From assembly GCA_963730605.1 (NCBI GenBank), contig CAVSSM010000001.1, positions 384,001-448,000 of the forward strand: a stretch of DNA of 64,000 nucleotides. Reading direction: 5' to 3'. The DNA comes from an uncultured Chlamydiae bacterium. GTDB taxonomy: Bacteria; Chlamydiota; Chlamydiia; Chlamydiales; SM23-39. The translations under genes were made by a program, and so were the position numbers. Of this stretch, positions 28,469-38,657 are shown one piece after another. The notes under the pieces are model-generated. The model saw only the letters and a program-made list of their open reading frames with translations. It searched no databases and was not told where the DNA came from. Numbering within the stretch: the stretch's first letter is position 1; each line of letters starts with the position of its first letter.

Positions 28469-28623
28469 CCAAATATCAGAAATAACTTTGAGTTTGGTTA
28501 CGTCAGCTCTGCAACAAATTTTTCGTCTTCACTCGTGCCTTGCCTTTGGGCAATGGTCACTCGTTCCAGACAAAAAATTTGTGCAGCTTCCTTGCCAAAC
28601 TCAAAGTTATTTCCGATATTTGG
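28469..28623. mobile_element. Palindromic MITE family D (about 155 bp plus TA duplication) at the adaptor/OMF junction
   Basis: Inverted repeat ATACCAAATATCAGAAATAACTTTGAGTTTGG / CCAAACTCAAAGTTATTTCCGATATTTGGTAT. Confidence 0.85.
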
Positions 28624-28624
28624 T

Positions 28625-30127
28625 ATGAAGTGGCGCATCTCTGGGTTTTGGTTATTGATGTTGAGCGGTTGCATGGTGGGCCCCAATTACCAAACGCCTG
28701 AGATTTGCATGCCGGAGGCCTTTGCCGAAGAGAAGCTGTCCGTTGAGACAGAATCGCCCTCTGAATGCGATTTGTCAAGATGGTGGAAGCAATTTAACGA
28801 TCCGCTCCTCGACTGCCTGATCGCGGAAGCGGTGAAAAACAATTACGACTACGCCATTGCGCTCGAGAAAATCGAGCAAGCTCGGGCCCAATACCGGATC
28901 GAAAATTCGTATCTTTGGCCTGAGTTTGATTTTAATGCCGTCTCGACGCGCAACCGCAACAGCCAAAATCTGATCTCACCGACATCCTCTGGCGCATCGA
29001 CCTCGCCCGACGGAGCCGCATCGACCTTGCCCCGGTACAGCAACTTCTTTCTCTTGGGATTCGATGCGATCTGGGAATTTGATTTCTTCGGCAAATACCG
29101 CCGCGCGCGCGAATCGGCGCTCTATTCCTGGGAGGCATTCATCGACAACGCCGAAAACGTCCTCATCACCGTCGTCAGTGAAGTAGCTCTTTATTATACC
29201 AACATCCGGGCGATCCAGCAGCAAATCGAACTTACCCTGAAAAAAATCGAAGCTCTTGAGAGAGAGCTTGCTTTGCAAAAAGATCTCCAACAGGCAGGCC
29301 TCTTCAGCCAAATTCAGGTGGATGCGCAAATCTCATCTCTTGAAACGACCCGCGCAACCCTTCCGACACTTTATGCATCGCTCAAGCAAACGATCTATGG
29401 CCTTGGGCTTCTCCTTGGGCGCCCGCCTGAAAAGCTGACGGCCGAATTTGATACTGCAGGATCGATTCCGTTTGCAGCGGGCAAAGTGCCTGTCGGCCTG
29501 CCATCTGACTTGCTGCGAAGAAGGCCCGATGTGAGACAAGCGGAGAGGCAGTTAGCGGCTGCCACCGCAGAAATTGGCTATTATGTGGCAGACCTATTTC
29601 CCCACATATCTTTAACCGGCAGCACATTTGCCGGGGGTACCTTTACGGGTGGGGTCGGCGGAGGATCGGCCGCCGGTTGGGAAAGCACGAAAATCGGCTC
29701 CTTGCTCAAAACCGCGAGCAATTTTTTTAGCGTAGGCCCGGCGCTCAATTGGGATCTCATCGATTTTGGCCGAACGAAGGGCAACATCGCGGTCCAGACA
29801 TCGCTCGCAAAACAAGCCGAATTGGCCTATGAAGAAACCGTTATCTTAGCGCTCAAAGATGTAGAAAGCGCCCTTGTCGCCTATTTTCAGGAGCAAAGGC
29901 GCATCACGTTTTTGGGTCATGAAGTCGCCGCCAATCAAGACGCCCTCGCTTTGACGGAAGATTTGCTAGACGCAGGGCTCGCATCGGAGCTCCAAGTTCT
30001 AGAAGCTAAAAAGACGCTTCTCGACTCAGAGAGTTCTCTCGTATCGAGCGAACAATCGCTCACCGGCGATCTCATTTCTCTCTATAAAGCATTAGGAGGA
30101 GATTGGGCATGCTCCTGTACGCCTTAA
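28625..30127 (+). CDS. TolC/OprM-family outer membrane efflux lipoprotein (in-frame GTG at 28463 possible)
   Basis: Lipobox LSGC-MVGPNYQTP, WWKQFNDPLL, DLLRRRPDV, LYKALGGDW. Confidence 0.93.
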   Translation: MKWRISGFWLLMLSGCMVGPNYQTPEICMPEAFAEEKLSVETESPSECDLSRWWKQFNDPLLDCLIAEAVKNNYDYAIALEKIEQARAQYRIENSYLWPEFDFNAVSTRNRNSQNLISPTSSGASTSPDGAASTLPRYSNFFLLGFDAIWEFDFFGKYRRARESALYSWEAFIDNAENVLITVVSEVALYYTNIRAIQQQIELTLKKIEALERELALQKDLQQAGLFSQIQVDAQISSLETTRATLPTLYASLKQTIYGLGLLLGRPPEKLTAEFDTAGSIPFAAGKVPVGLPSDLLRRRPDVRQAERQLAAATAEIGYYVADLFPHISLTGSTFAGGTFTGGVGGGSAAGWESTKIGSLLKTASNFFSVGPALNWDLIDFGRTKGNIAVQTSLAKQAELAYEETVILALKDVESALVAYFQEQRRITFLGHEVAANQDALALTEDLLDAGLASELQVLEAKKTLLDSESSLVSSEQSLTGDLISLYKALGGDWACSCTP

Positions 30128-31263
30128 AAATGCTCGCGGGCGATAAACTCAAATACATCGGCCTCATCGTCGCTCTCAGCTTTGCATCGTTCATCATCTC
30201 TCAGCAAGGCTCGATCTTCATCGGAATCATGCTGCGCACCTTTGGCTTCATCGCAGATACATCCCAACCCAATATCTGGGTGGCCGATCCCACCGTGCAA
30301 TACATCGCCGACATCAAGCCGCTGCGCAATCAAGATCTCTATCGCGTCAGGAGAATCGAAGGTGTGGAGTGGGCGGTGCCGATGTTCTACGGCACTATCC
30401 CCGCCCGTCTTGTCGACGGGACATTTCAAACGTGTATTTTCATCGGCATCGACGATGCGACCCTCATCGGCGGCCCTCCGCGGATGCTCGAGGGCAAAGT
30501 AGAAGATTTGCGTGGTCCAGACGCCGTGATCGTCGATCATGTGGGCGCCACGACGAAACTCTCCTCTCCCGGCCCGGGCGGAACGATATTGCCGCTCCGC
30601 GTCGGAGATTGCATGGAACTCAACGACAACCGCGCCTCTGTTGTCGGAATTTGCCAAGTTTCCCGCACATTCCAATCGCAGCCTGTCGTGTACACAACCT
30701 ACAACCGCGCGACGACATTTATTCCGGCCCAGCGAGATATCCTCTCGTTTGTCCTCGTTAAAGCCAAAGACGGCGCCGACGTCGAACAATTATGCCAGCG
30801 CATCCGAGGCACGACAGGCCTTGCCGCCTATTCCGTGTGGGACTTTAAGAAACTCACCATGCTTTATTACACAAAAAATACCGGCATCGTGATCAATTTC
30901 GGCGTCGCCGTCCTTCTCGGCATCGTCATCGGCATTGTGATCGCCGGGCAGACCTTTTTCAACTTTACCGTCGACAATCTCCCCTACTTCGGCATTTATA
31001 AAGCCATGGGCGCAGACAACAAGCTGCTGACGAAAATGATCCTGGTCCAGGCTCTTGCCGTCAGCGCGATCGGCTGGGGCATCGGTATCGGCGCGGCGGC
31101 CGTATTTGGCTATTCATTCCACAACACCGAGCTCTCATTCAGCATGCCTTTCTACATCTATCTCATGAGCATGATGTCGATGTTCTTCATTTGCATGATC
31201 GCCGCGATCTTCAGCTTGCTGAAAGTCAGACGGCTAGATCCGGCTATCGTCTTCAAAAGTTAA
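30103..31263 (+). CDS. ABC transporter permease (MacB/DevC-like)
   Basis: One N-terminal TM, periplasmic domain and FtsX-like C-terminal TMs; ends RRLDPAIVF. Confidence 0.9.
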   Translation: MGMLLYALKMLAGDKLKYIGLIVALSFASFIISQQGSIFIGIMLRTFGFIADTSQPNIWVADPTVQYIADIKPLRNQDLYRVRRIEGVEWAVPMFYGTIPARLVDGTFQTCIFIGIDDATLIGGPPRMLEGKVEDLRGPDAVIVDHVGATTKLSSPGPGGTILPLRVGDCMELNDNRASVVGICQVSRTFQSQPVVYTTYNRATTFIPAQRDILSFVLVKAKDGADVEQLCQRIRGTTGLAAYSVWDFKKLTMLYYTKNTGIVINFGVAVLLGIVIGIVIAGQTFFNFTVDNLPYFGIYKAMGADNKLLTKMILVQALAVSAIGWGIGIGAAAVFGYSFHNTELSFSMPFYIYLMSMMSMFFICMIAAIFSLLKVRRLDPAIVFKS

Positions 31264-31307
31264 CTTTTTTCTCGCCAAGATGGATGAATATCTTGCATAT
31301 CTAGTCC

Positions 31308-32021
31308 ATGGACAATAGCGACATGAATGCGAAGAATTCAGAACCGGCCGTCATTTGCAAGGGGATCCAGAAACATTTCGGCGAAGAGGCGACCCGTGTG
31401 GACGCGCTCCGCGGGATCGATCTCGAGGTAGAGAAAGGCGAGCTCCTGATGTTGATGGGCCCCTCGGGCTCCGGGAAAACAACGCTGATCTCGATCATCT
31501 CGGGCATTTTGACCCAAAGCGAAGGAGAGTGCCTGGTTTCGAATCTCAACCTGAACCAAATGCCCGATGAGGAGAAAGTCCATTATCGGGGCAAGTACAT
31601 CGGGTTCGTCTTTCAGATCTTCAACTTGATCCCAACGCTGACGTGCCGGGAAAATGTCTCCATCCCGCTCATTCTCAATGGGGTCGACAAGAAGACGGCG
31701 CTAGAGCGATCTCATGATCTTCTCAAACGTTTGGGCATTCCAGAAAAAGCGCATAAATTGCCCGCAGAGCTGTCTGGCGGACAGCAGCAGCGGGTCGCGA
31801 TCGCTCGCTCGATCATCCATGATCCGACGCTCGTCGTCTGCGACGAGCCGACCAGTTTCCTCGATCACGAAACGGGAAAAATGATCATGGAGCTCTTGCG
31901 CGATATTGTGAAACAAAAAGGGGCCACGCTCATCGTCGTCACGCACGATGTGCGGATCATTTCCTTTGCCGACCGGATCGTCAATATCGAAGACGGCCGC
32001 GTCGTGGAAAGAAGCCAATAA
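31308..32021 (+). CDS. ABC transporter ATP-binding protein (LolD/DevA-like)
   Basis: GPSGSGKTT, LSGGQQQRVAIAR, CDEPT, VVTHD. Confidence 0.95.
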   Translation: MDNSDMNAKNSEPAVICKGIQKHFGEEATRVDALRGIDLEVEKGELLMLMGPSGSGKTTLISIISGILTQSEGECLVSNLNLNQMPDEEKVHYRGKYIGFVFQIFNLIPTLTCRENVSIPLILNGVDKKTALERSHDLLKRLGIPEKAHKLPAELSGGQQQRVAIARSIIHDPTLVVCDEPTSFLDHETGKMIMELLRDIVKQKGATLIVVTHDVRIISFADRIVNIEDGRVVERSQ

Positions 32022-32100
32022 TTACAATCTCTAGGCTCTTTGCATAATTGTTGCAATAATTGTAAAAATATTTTATCGCTTGAATTTATGGCGACGGTCA

Positions 32101-33228
32101 CTTTATACCGGACAAAAAATAAATTCATAGCGTGCAACCACCTGTAAAACACGAAAGTAGTCGCCTGAATTTTCTCAGAATCCACCTCCCAAAAATCGCC
32201 CTACGGATCAGATTTAGCCCCTCCCTAAAGAGGCTCCTCGCCTTTCTCCCGTGAGTTTTGACCTCTATCGCCTGTATCTGATCCTTGATATCCCCCATTC
32301 GATATGCCCAGCAGAAAGCGATCGCGAGGACGAACACCATCTTCTCAATCTTGATCGATGATGTGTGTGTCCTCCATTCGGAACCCACGGGTCTTCAAAC
32401 AACCGAACATGGTTTCGATTTCCCAACTCCTCCTATGCATCCCCAGAGGATTCTCGAATTTATAGCTGGAGACTACGATCATTTGCTCCTTGGCGCCTTT
32501 TCTCTTTTCGATCGAAACGTAGAGAGAAAGACCCCAGAGGTTAATGGGGTGATTCACAACTTTTTTCCGTGAGAGCCATTTCCGTAGGCGTCCTATTGGA
32601 AGTTTGCCGTTCTCTCCGATTTCGACCATGGAGTTCTGTTTAACCCTGATGATGAATGGGATCTTCTGTTCGATTAGAAAGCGGAACCACTGCGTTCCTA
32701 TGAACTCGCGATCCGCAAGAAGTACCTCGATTCTGCTGATCCCGAGATGTTCCACGACCCGCTTTAGGAGATCGATCCTATCCTCCGCACATGAGTTGCC
32801 TTCAAGATTCGGCACAACCCAGAGTAGTGGAATGCCAATGCCTCTGTAAGCGATCGAGAGCATCAAAATATTGGGGATTAGAGTGCACTTATCGCCGAGT
32901 GGAAACAGGCGGAAAACCAGAAGAACGATCCTACTCATGTCGAAGGTAAAACCGGTGAAGAATCGGCAGACTCTACGATACGATGACTCCTCCTTGGCCT
33001 CTGACTTGAAGGCTGAAGCAATTTGGGTCAGGTTTATGGTTCTGACAACGAACAGAGCCTGAATGATTTGCCCTAGACAGGCGAGACGGCACTTGTGCCA
33101 ATCGAAAAAAATGGATAAAGTTGCTTGCAACTCGCTGATGTGTTTCATTATACCTCGATGCTTGAAAGACAACGAGATATGATCGGCCTTCAGCGAGCCA
33201 TTGTCAGCAACTTATTTTTTGTCCAGTA
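32101..33228 (-). mobile_element. IS4-family element with a frameshifted, internally deleted transposase (32125..33148)
   Basis: Ends CTTTATACCGGACAAAAAAT / ATTTTTTGTCCAGTA(CAGAG); LLADREFIG, RRSWEIETMFGCLKTRGF. Confidence 0.85.
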
Positions 33229-34460
33229 CTACAGCGTTTCATTAATTTTGACATAATTTCTTGATAAAAAATATACTTGACGCCTTGTAAAATTCGTGGG
33301 AGTGCAGGTATGCGAAAGAAGTATAAAGTCAAGTTAACACCTAGTCAGCGCAAGCAATTACTCGAAGTTGTGCATAAAGGAAAGCAGAAGGCAAAAACAA
33401 TCACTCATGCTCGAATACTATTGCAGGCAGATTCTGGTGAAGAGGGGCCGGGTTTGAGAGCAAAAGCTATTGCGGCAGGGTTGAATATTCACGAACGCAC
33501 TGTACATCGAGTCAGAGAATCTTTCGCAAACGATGGACTGGAAGCTGCTTTGCACCGAAAAAAACATCGCCAATACAAACCAAGAAAACTCGATGGTGAT
33601 CAAGAAGCCCATCTGGTTGCCATATGTTGCGGGGCCCCTCCGGAAGGGCGCAAAGAATGGACCTTGAGATTGTTAAGCGAAAGACTGGTTCAGCTAGAAG
33701 TTATTGATTCTATTTCCAGAAGCACAGTCCATCGCACTTTAAAAAAAATGAACTTAAGCCCTGGCTAAAGAAAGAATGGTGTATTCCTCCTGAGGAAAAC
33801 GCTGACTTTGTTTGCCGAATGGAAAATGTGTTAGGCCTCTATAAGTGCCCATACAATCCAGAATATCCAATGATTTGCATGGATGAGTCGAGTAAGCAAC
33901 ACGAGGCAGGAAAGCTGGATAACATTCCAGCAAAACGAGGTAAGGTTGAACGCTTTGATACAGGATATGAGCGCAATGGCGTGAGTAATATTCTGCTGAG
34001 TTTTGAGCCACTAACAGGGAAACGATACATTGATGTTTCGGAGAGAAGGACTCGATTGGATTGGGCCAAACATATACAGAAACTTGTAGAGGAGCATTAT
34101 CCCAAGGCAAAAAACATCCTCTTGGTCTGCGATAATTTAAATATCCATACAGGTGCTGCTCTTTATGAGCTTCTGCCGCCCAAAGAGGCGAAAAGGATCG
34201 TAGACCGTCTGGAATTTCGTTATACGCCGAAACATGGGAGCTGGTTAAACATGGCAGAAATCGAATTAAGCCACCTTTCCAGGCAATGTTTAAACCGACG
34301 CCTAAGAGACATAGTCGAGGTTAAAAAAGAAGTTGCCTCCTGGCTAGAGGGCAGAAACAAGGATGCGCATGTTATAGACTGGCGCTTCACAGTTGAGGAC
34401 GCAAGAATCAAGCTAAAAAAGCTTTACCCCACAATTGGCAAAATTAATGAAACGCTGTAG
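33229..34460 (+). mobile_element. IS630-family element (orfA 33310..33768, orfB to 34460, -1 frameshift at an A8 run)
   Basis: 22-bp terminal inverted repeat CTACAGCGTTTCATTAATTTTG, TA duplication; DDE motifs MDE, CDNLNIH, SWLNMAEIE. Confidence 0.95.
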
Positions 34461-34467
34461 TACAGAG

Positions 34468-34665
34468 GCCGTAGACGAGAGATCTCAGGAATGGGTCATG
34501 GGAATTTCTGTCGCGATTATGGCTATTGCCTTGGCAGTTGCTGGATTTTCCGCTCAATTTGCCCCAATATTCGGAGTTCATACCCTCGTTTTCATTGGGA
34601 GCCTTCTCCTTGGGGCAAGCGGTCTTCTAATGAAAAAATACTGTTCTCATCTTAGGAAATCATAG
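34468..34665 (+). pseudogene. C-terminal remnant of an MFS transporter
   Basis: AVDERSQEWVMGISVAIMAIA resembles the last helices of 41330..42538; 5' part lost at the IS junction. Confidence 0.5.
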
Positions 34666-35717
34666 CCATTTGGAGGCATCGATCAGAAGGCCTGATGTGT
34701 TGCCGGGTCCTTGCATCTCCGGGCAGATGACCTCTTCGATTTGCAGAGCCTCCATGGCGCCAATGAGAAAGAGGAGATCAGAGAGCAGATAGGCGGCGTT
34801 TGGATCAGATTTTGGGCTGAGATCGTGATCGCTTTTTCCGAGCCGCTTTTCAATGAGTTGCCACAGGTCTTCTTTCGTAAAAGTCCCCTTTCCGACTCCT
34901 TTCTGAACGTTTGGGAACATGGCGCCAATCCCGACTACTGTTGGGCTCTCTTTCACCCAAGCAGGCGCCTCTTGAAATTGTGCGATAGTCCACGCAATCG
35001 CTTGCTTTGCCTCTTCTCGGGTGATCGGGTTTGGAGTGGATGTTTGACTTAAGGCTTTCTTTTGTATTTCTTGAATGAGATGGTTTTTCATCGGTACTTT
35101 GCCAAGAGACTTATTGTAGGATTGAAGGTTTCCATCGATTTCTCGCGTAAATTGAGTGCTTCCCCCTCCATTTTCCCAAATGAGCGCTCCCTTGTGGCTG
35201 TCCACAACCCCTTCCGCTTTGAGAGAACTGTAGCCAAGTGCGGCCTCTTCATTTTGCGAGAGGAGAAAGATCGAAATGCCTGATTCCTTGGCAAGGAGAT
35301 CCAATACTTCAGAGCCATTGCGGGCGACCCGATATGCATCAGTGGCTCCCGCAACAAACTTACACACAAGAGCCGGTTTTCCCGTTTTTCGTTGCATCTT
35401 TTGGATTGCAGAGCCAAGTTGAGCGACGATCTCTTCAGGAATGTTTTGGTTCGGATCTCGGTCGATAGAATCTCGAACGGGAATGGGTACCGATTCTGTG
35501 GCAGCCATCTCTACGATCCTCCCCCCTTTCGGATCGACCCAGGCCGCTTGCATTTTGAGGTTGCCGGAGCCAAGATCGAATGCCACTCGATACTCAAGCG
35601 CCTCATGGAGCTTTTCCGAGGCAATCTTTTCCTTAAGGGGGGCGGGTGAGCCGTAGACTGCAACCCACTCATCCCCAATAAAATAGTCATCAACCAAAAA
35701 ATAGTCTGTAATAACAT
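34660..35717 (-). CDS. Ppx/GppA-like ASKHA phosphatase; probable signal peptide is one nucleotide out of frame at a C6 run
   Basis: AFDLGSGNLK, ATDAYRVARNG, LSQNEEA, WENGGGSTQF; ATG 35717 gives MLLQTIFWLMTILLGMSGLQSTA. Confidence 0.75.
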
Positions 35718-35837
35718 ATCTTCTCTTTTTTCACAACTATACTAGCATTTCCATTGAAGGTCAACAAAACATACATTTGTAGTTGATGTTTATTGCCAAA
35801 AACTACATATTAACAGCAATTAACAAGATTTAGGAAG

Positions 35838-38648
35838 ATGATGACGAATAAAATCTTTAGCACCTCTGCATTGCCAGCCCCGATTCCCCCGACTCCCGCA
35901 ACAAACTCACAATCCCTTCTGTCAGCGGCTATAGAGCCGGCCAGCTACCGGGCCTCTCATCGAAAAATGGCAGCGATTTTAGAAGCGCCTCCCAAATACA
36001 ACAGCCCGTCCTCCATTGTCTGGTTTGGCGATGAGCATTCGACAGAGATCGCCTTAGTAGGAGGTAAAGGGGCCAGTCTTTCAGTTTTGCAGTCTGTACC
36101 AGGAGTTCGGGTGCCTGAAGGGTTTATCGTAACAACCGAAATCTATCGACAATTCGTCGCCTCCAATCCCGCCTTAAAACAAGAATTGGAGGTACTAGAC
36201 GATCTATCCGACGCTTGGCTTTCCGCTATGATCGAATCGGGCGGAAGCTCGACTCCAGAAATCCGCGATCTGGAAACGCAAATAACGGAAGAGACCTCTC
36301 GCGTTAGGGAGAAATTTTTTGAAACGGCTTTCAGCCCCGCCCTCTATGAATCTTTGATGGAGCAATATAAGGCGCTTTCACTCTTAGTGAATGAGGCAAA
36401 CGTCCCGGTTGCAGTGAGAAGTTCTGCGATAGCGGAAGACCTCCCGAATGCCTCTTTCGCGGGACAGCACGATACGTTTCTCAACAGACAAGGAGAAGAG
36501 CAGATCCTCCATTCCGTCGCCCTTTGCTGGGCCTCGCTTTTTCATCCTCATACTGTGCAATACCGCAATCAACTCCGCCTCTTGCTTGCCCTTGAAAAGG
36601 GAGATCCGGCGATCGGTGTTGGTTTAAGACACAGCGTTGTGAAACTCGCCGTCGTCATTCAACGCTCTCTTCAATCCGCTGTGGCAGGAGTTGGATTTAA
36701 CGTGAATCCCTCTGGAGAAGCCAAAATCCACATTGAGACGAATTATGGATTGGGAGCAACGGTTGTCAGCGGCCTTGCGAATCCAGATTCCTGGGAAGTA
36801 GACCCGGAAGCCCAAACCTTGCTCGCTTCAGTCATGGGAGACAAGGAAATCAAGGCGATCGCCAAAGAACACGGAGACGTCGAATACCTCCCCATCCCTG
36901 AAATAGATCGGCACCGCTTTACCATCGACAAAGAAAGAGTCATGGAAATCGCAAGATCGATCCGCACGATCGGAGAGTACTATCAAAAGCGATTTGGTTA
37001 CAAATTTATCGATACAGAATTTGCCATTGACCCGCAAGGCGTCCTCTACTTTCTCCAAACAAGGCCTGAAACTGTTTTCTCCTCTTCTTCTTCGATTACT
37101 GTCACGGGAATTCCGAAAGAGAGCGCATCAAACGCCAATATGATTTTCCATGGAGGCTCTACCGGCTATCCAGGGGCCCACACTGGGCGTTTGGTCTATG
37201 CGAGAACTCCTAAAGAGGCCCTTGAAAAAATCAGCCAGGGCGACATCCTCGTCACCTCAAAAACCACTCCGGAGTGGACCATTGTATTCCCCAAGCTCGG
37301 CGGGATCATTGTCGATGTGGGAGGAGTTCTTAGCCATACAGCCATTGTGGGAAGAGAACAGCGCATCCCGACACTTTTAGCGACAGCCAATGCCACCAAA
37401 GAGCTCGCCGATTGGGATGGAAAAATCGTAACCCTCGACTCCTTGAATTCAGTTGTTTTTGAAGGAGCTCTCGAGATCTTCGAGGGGAAGATCGAAAATT
37501 TCGTTCGCCCCGAACTTCAAAATTCTGGCCTCGTTCAAGACTTAGAAATGCAAATCCACCGGATCGACGAGGAAGGAAAATGGACGAGCCGGCCGAATAT
37601 GCCCCTCACTTCGATGCAGCTGGACTTTATTCAAAAAGCCTATGATGAGATCAGCGAGAGGCTCGAATTGGAAGTGCCCTTGCGCTACAAGGTGATTAAC
37701 CAGCGCATTTACATCCAAATCGAGGATGATAAAGGCCAGCCTGCCGCCTACGCGAACCTCACGGAAGCGCTTCTCAAATGGGGCCTTGACCGCCTGGAAG
37801 GGTTGTTTGACGACCGAGTCGTTACCGTGAAGCAATTCCAAGAGCTGGCAGATCATTTTGAGCCTACTCCGGAAAAGCTGCGGCAATTTGGCCAGGTTTA
37901 TCAGAACTGGATGGTCCACTTCCTCAGCCGAGGCCGCTTTGGCCACGGCGCCGTTGCCATTCTCATGCAAGAGCAGATGAATCAGATCCCCGACCCTGCG
38001 CTCCTCTCTTCTTATCTCCACCTCCGTTTCCCCATGGCGAACTTGAGCTATGAAAAAGAGAAACAGCACGCTCGGCTAGCAAAGGAGCTGACCGATCTTG
38101 GGATCGCCAAGAACGCGGATGCCGAGGAAACAAAATCTCTCCTGCAAGCCAAGTACCCAGAAACCTGGCAACGAATTGCCGATTTTGCCAGAAGTTATGA
38201 GCATACTTCTTCAGAAAACATGGTCTCTTCCGTCCCCTACGACACGGTTCTGGAGCAGCTTCTTATGACGCTCGGCGATGCGGAGCACGAACCCGCGTCC
38301 GCAACTCTTACGCCGCAGCAAATCGCAAAAATGGACCTTCTCTTTGCTCAAAACCCAGAGCTCAGACGGACCATGGTCTTGGCTCACCGCCACCTCTACC
38401 AGAAAGAAAATGAGCATCATATCGTTGCAAGAGCTCAACATCAGATCCATGAGAAACTGCAACAATACGGAGAAATGCTGGTCGTTCGGGGTCTTCTCAG
38501 GTCGCCCGAGGAGGTCTTTAACCTCCAGATTGAAGAAGTGGCGAAAATGGCCGAGAGCGTTCAAAGTCCTGTAAAGCGAGTGCTAGAGCTCTCGCCTCTC
38601 TGGGTTCGGAAAAGAAGCTTCGATCCGGTTCAAAAGACAGGATCATAG
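35838..38648 (+). CDS. PEP-synthase/RPH-like dikinase: ATP-grasp, phospho-His swivel and C-terminal helical domain
   Basis: VGGKGASL, VAVRSSAIAEDLPNASFAGQHDTFLN, DTEFA..LQTRP, GGVLSHTAIVGRE; no pyruvate TIM barrel. Confidence 0.85.
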   Translation: MMTNKIFSTSALPAPIPPTPATNSQSLLSAAIEPASYRASHRKMAAILEAPPKYNSPSSIVWFGDEHSTEIALVGGKGASLSVLQSVPGVRVPEGFIVTTEIYRQFVASNPALKQELEVLDDLSDAWLSAMIESGGSSTPEIRDLETQITEETSRVREKFFETAFSPALYESLMEQYKALSLLVNEANVPVAVRSSAIAEDLPNASFAGQHDTFLNRQGEEQILHSVALCWASLFHPHTVQYRNQLRLLLALEKGDPAIGVGLRHSVVKLAVVIQRSLQSAVAGVGFNVNPSGEAKIHIETNYGLGATVVSGLANPDSWEVDPEAQTLLASVMGDKEIKAIAKEHGDVEYLPIPEIDRHRFTIDKERVMEIARSIRTIGEYYQKRFGYKFIDTEFAIDPQGVLYFLQTRPETVFSSSSSITVTGIPKESASNANMIFHGGSTGYPGAHTGRLVYARTPKEALEKISQGDILVTSKTTPEWTIVFPKLGGIIVDVGGVLSHTAIVGREQRIPTLLATANATKELADWDGKIVTLDSLNSVVFEGALEIFEGKIENFVRPELQNSGLVQDLEMQIHRIDEEGKWTSRPNMPLTSMQLDFIQKAYDEISERLELEVPLRYKVINQRIYIQIEDDKGQPAAYANLTEALLKWGLDRLEGLFDDRVVTVKQFQELADHFEPTPEKLRQFGQVYQNWMVHFLSRGRFGHGAVAILMQEQMNQIPDPALLSSYLHLRFPMANLSYEKEKQHARLAKELTDLGIAKNADAEETKSLLQAKYPETWQRIADFARSYEHTSSENMVSSVPYDTVLEQLLMTLGDAEHEPASATLTPQQIAKMDLLFAQNPELRRTMVLAHRHLYQKENEHHIVARAQHQIHEKLQQYGEMLVVRGLLRSPEEVFNLQIEEVAKMAESVQSPVKRVLELSPLWVRKRSFDPVQKTGS

Positions 38649-38657
38649 TCTGTTCTT

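Noticed and set aside
35838..38648. Calling this gene ppsA
   Set aside because: The C-terminal pyruvate-binding TIM-barrel motifs are absent
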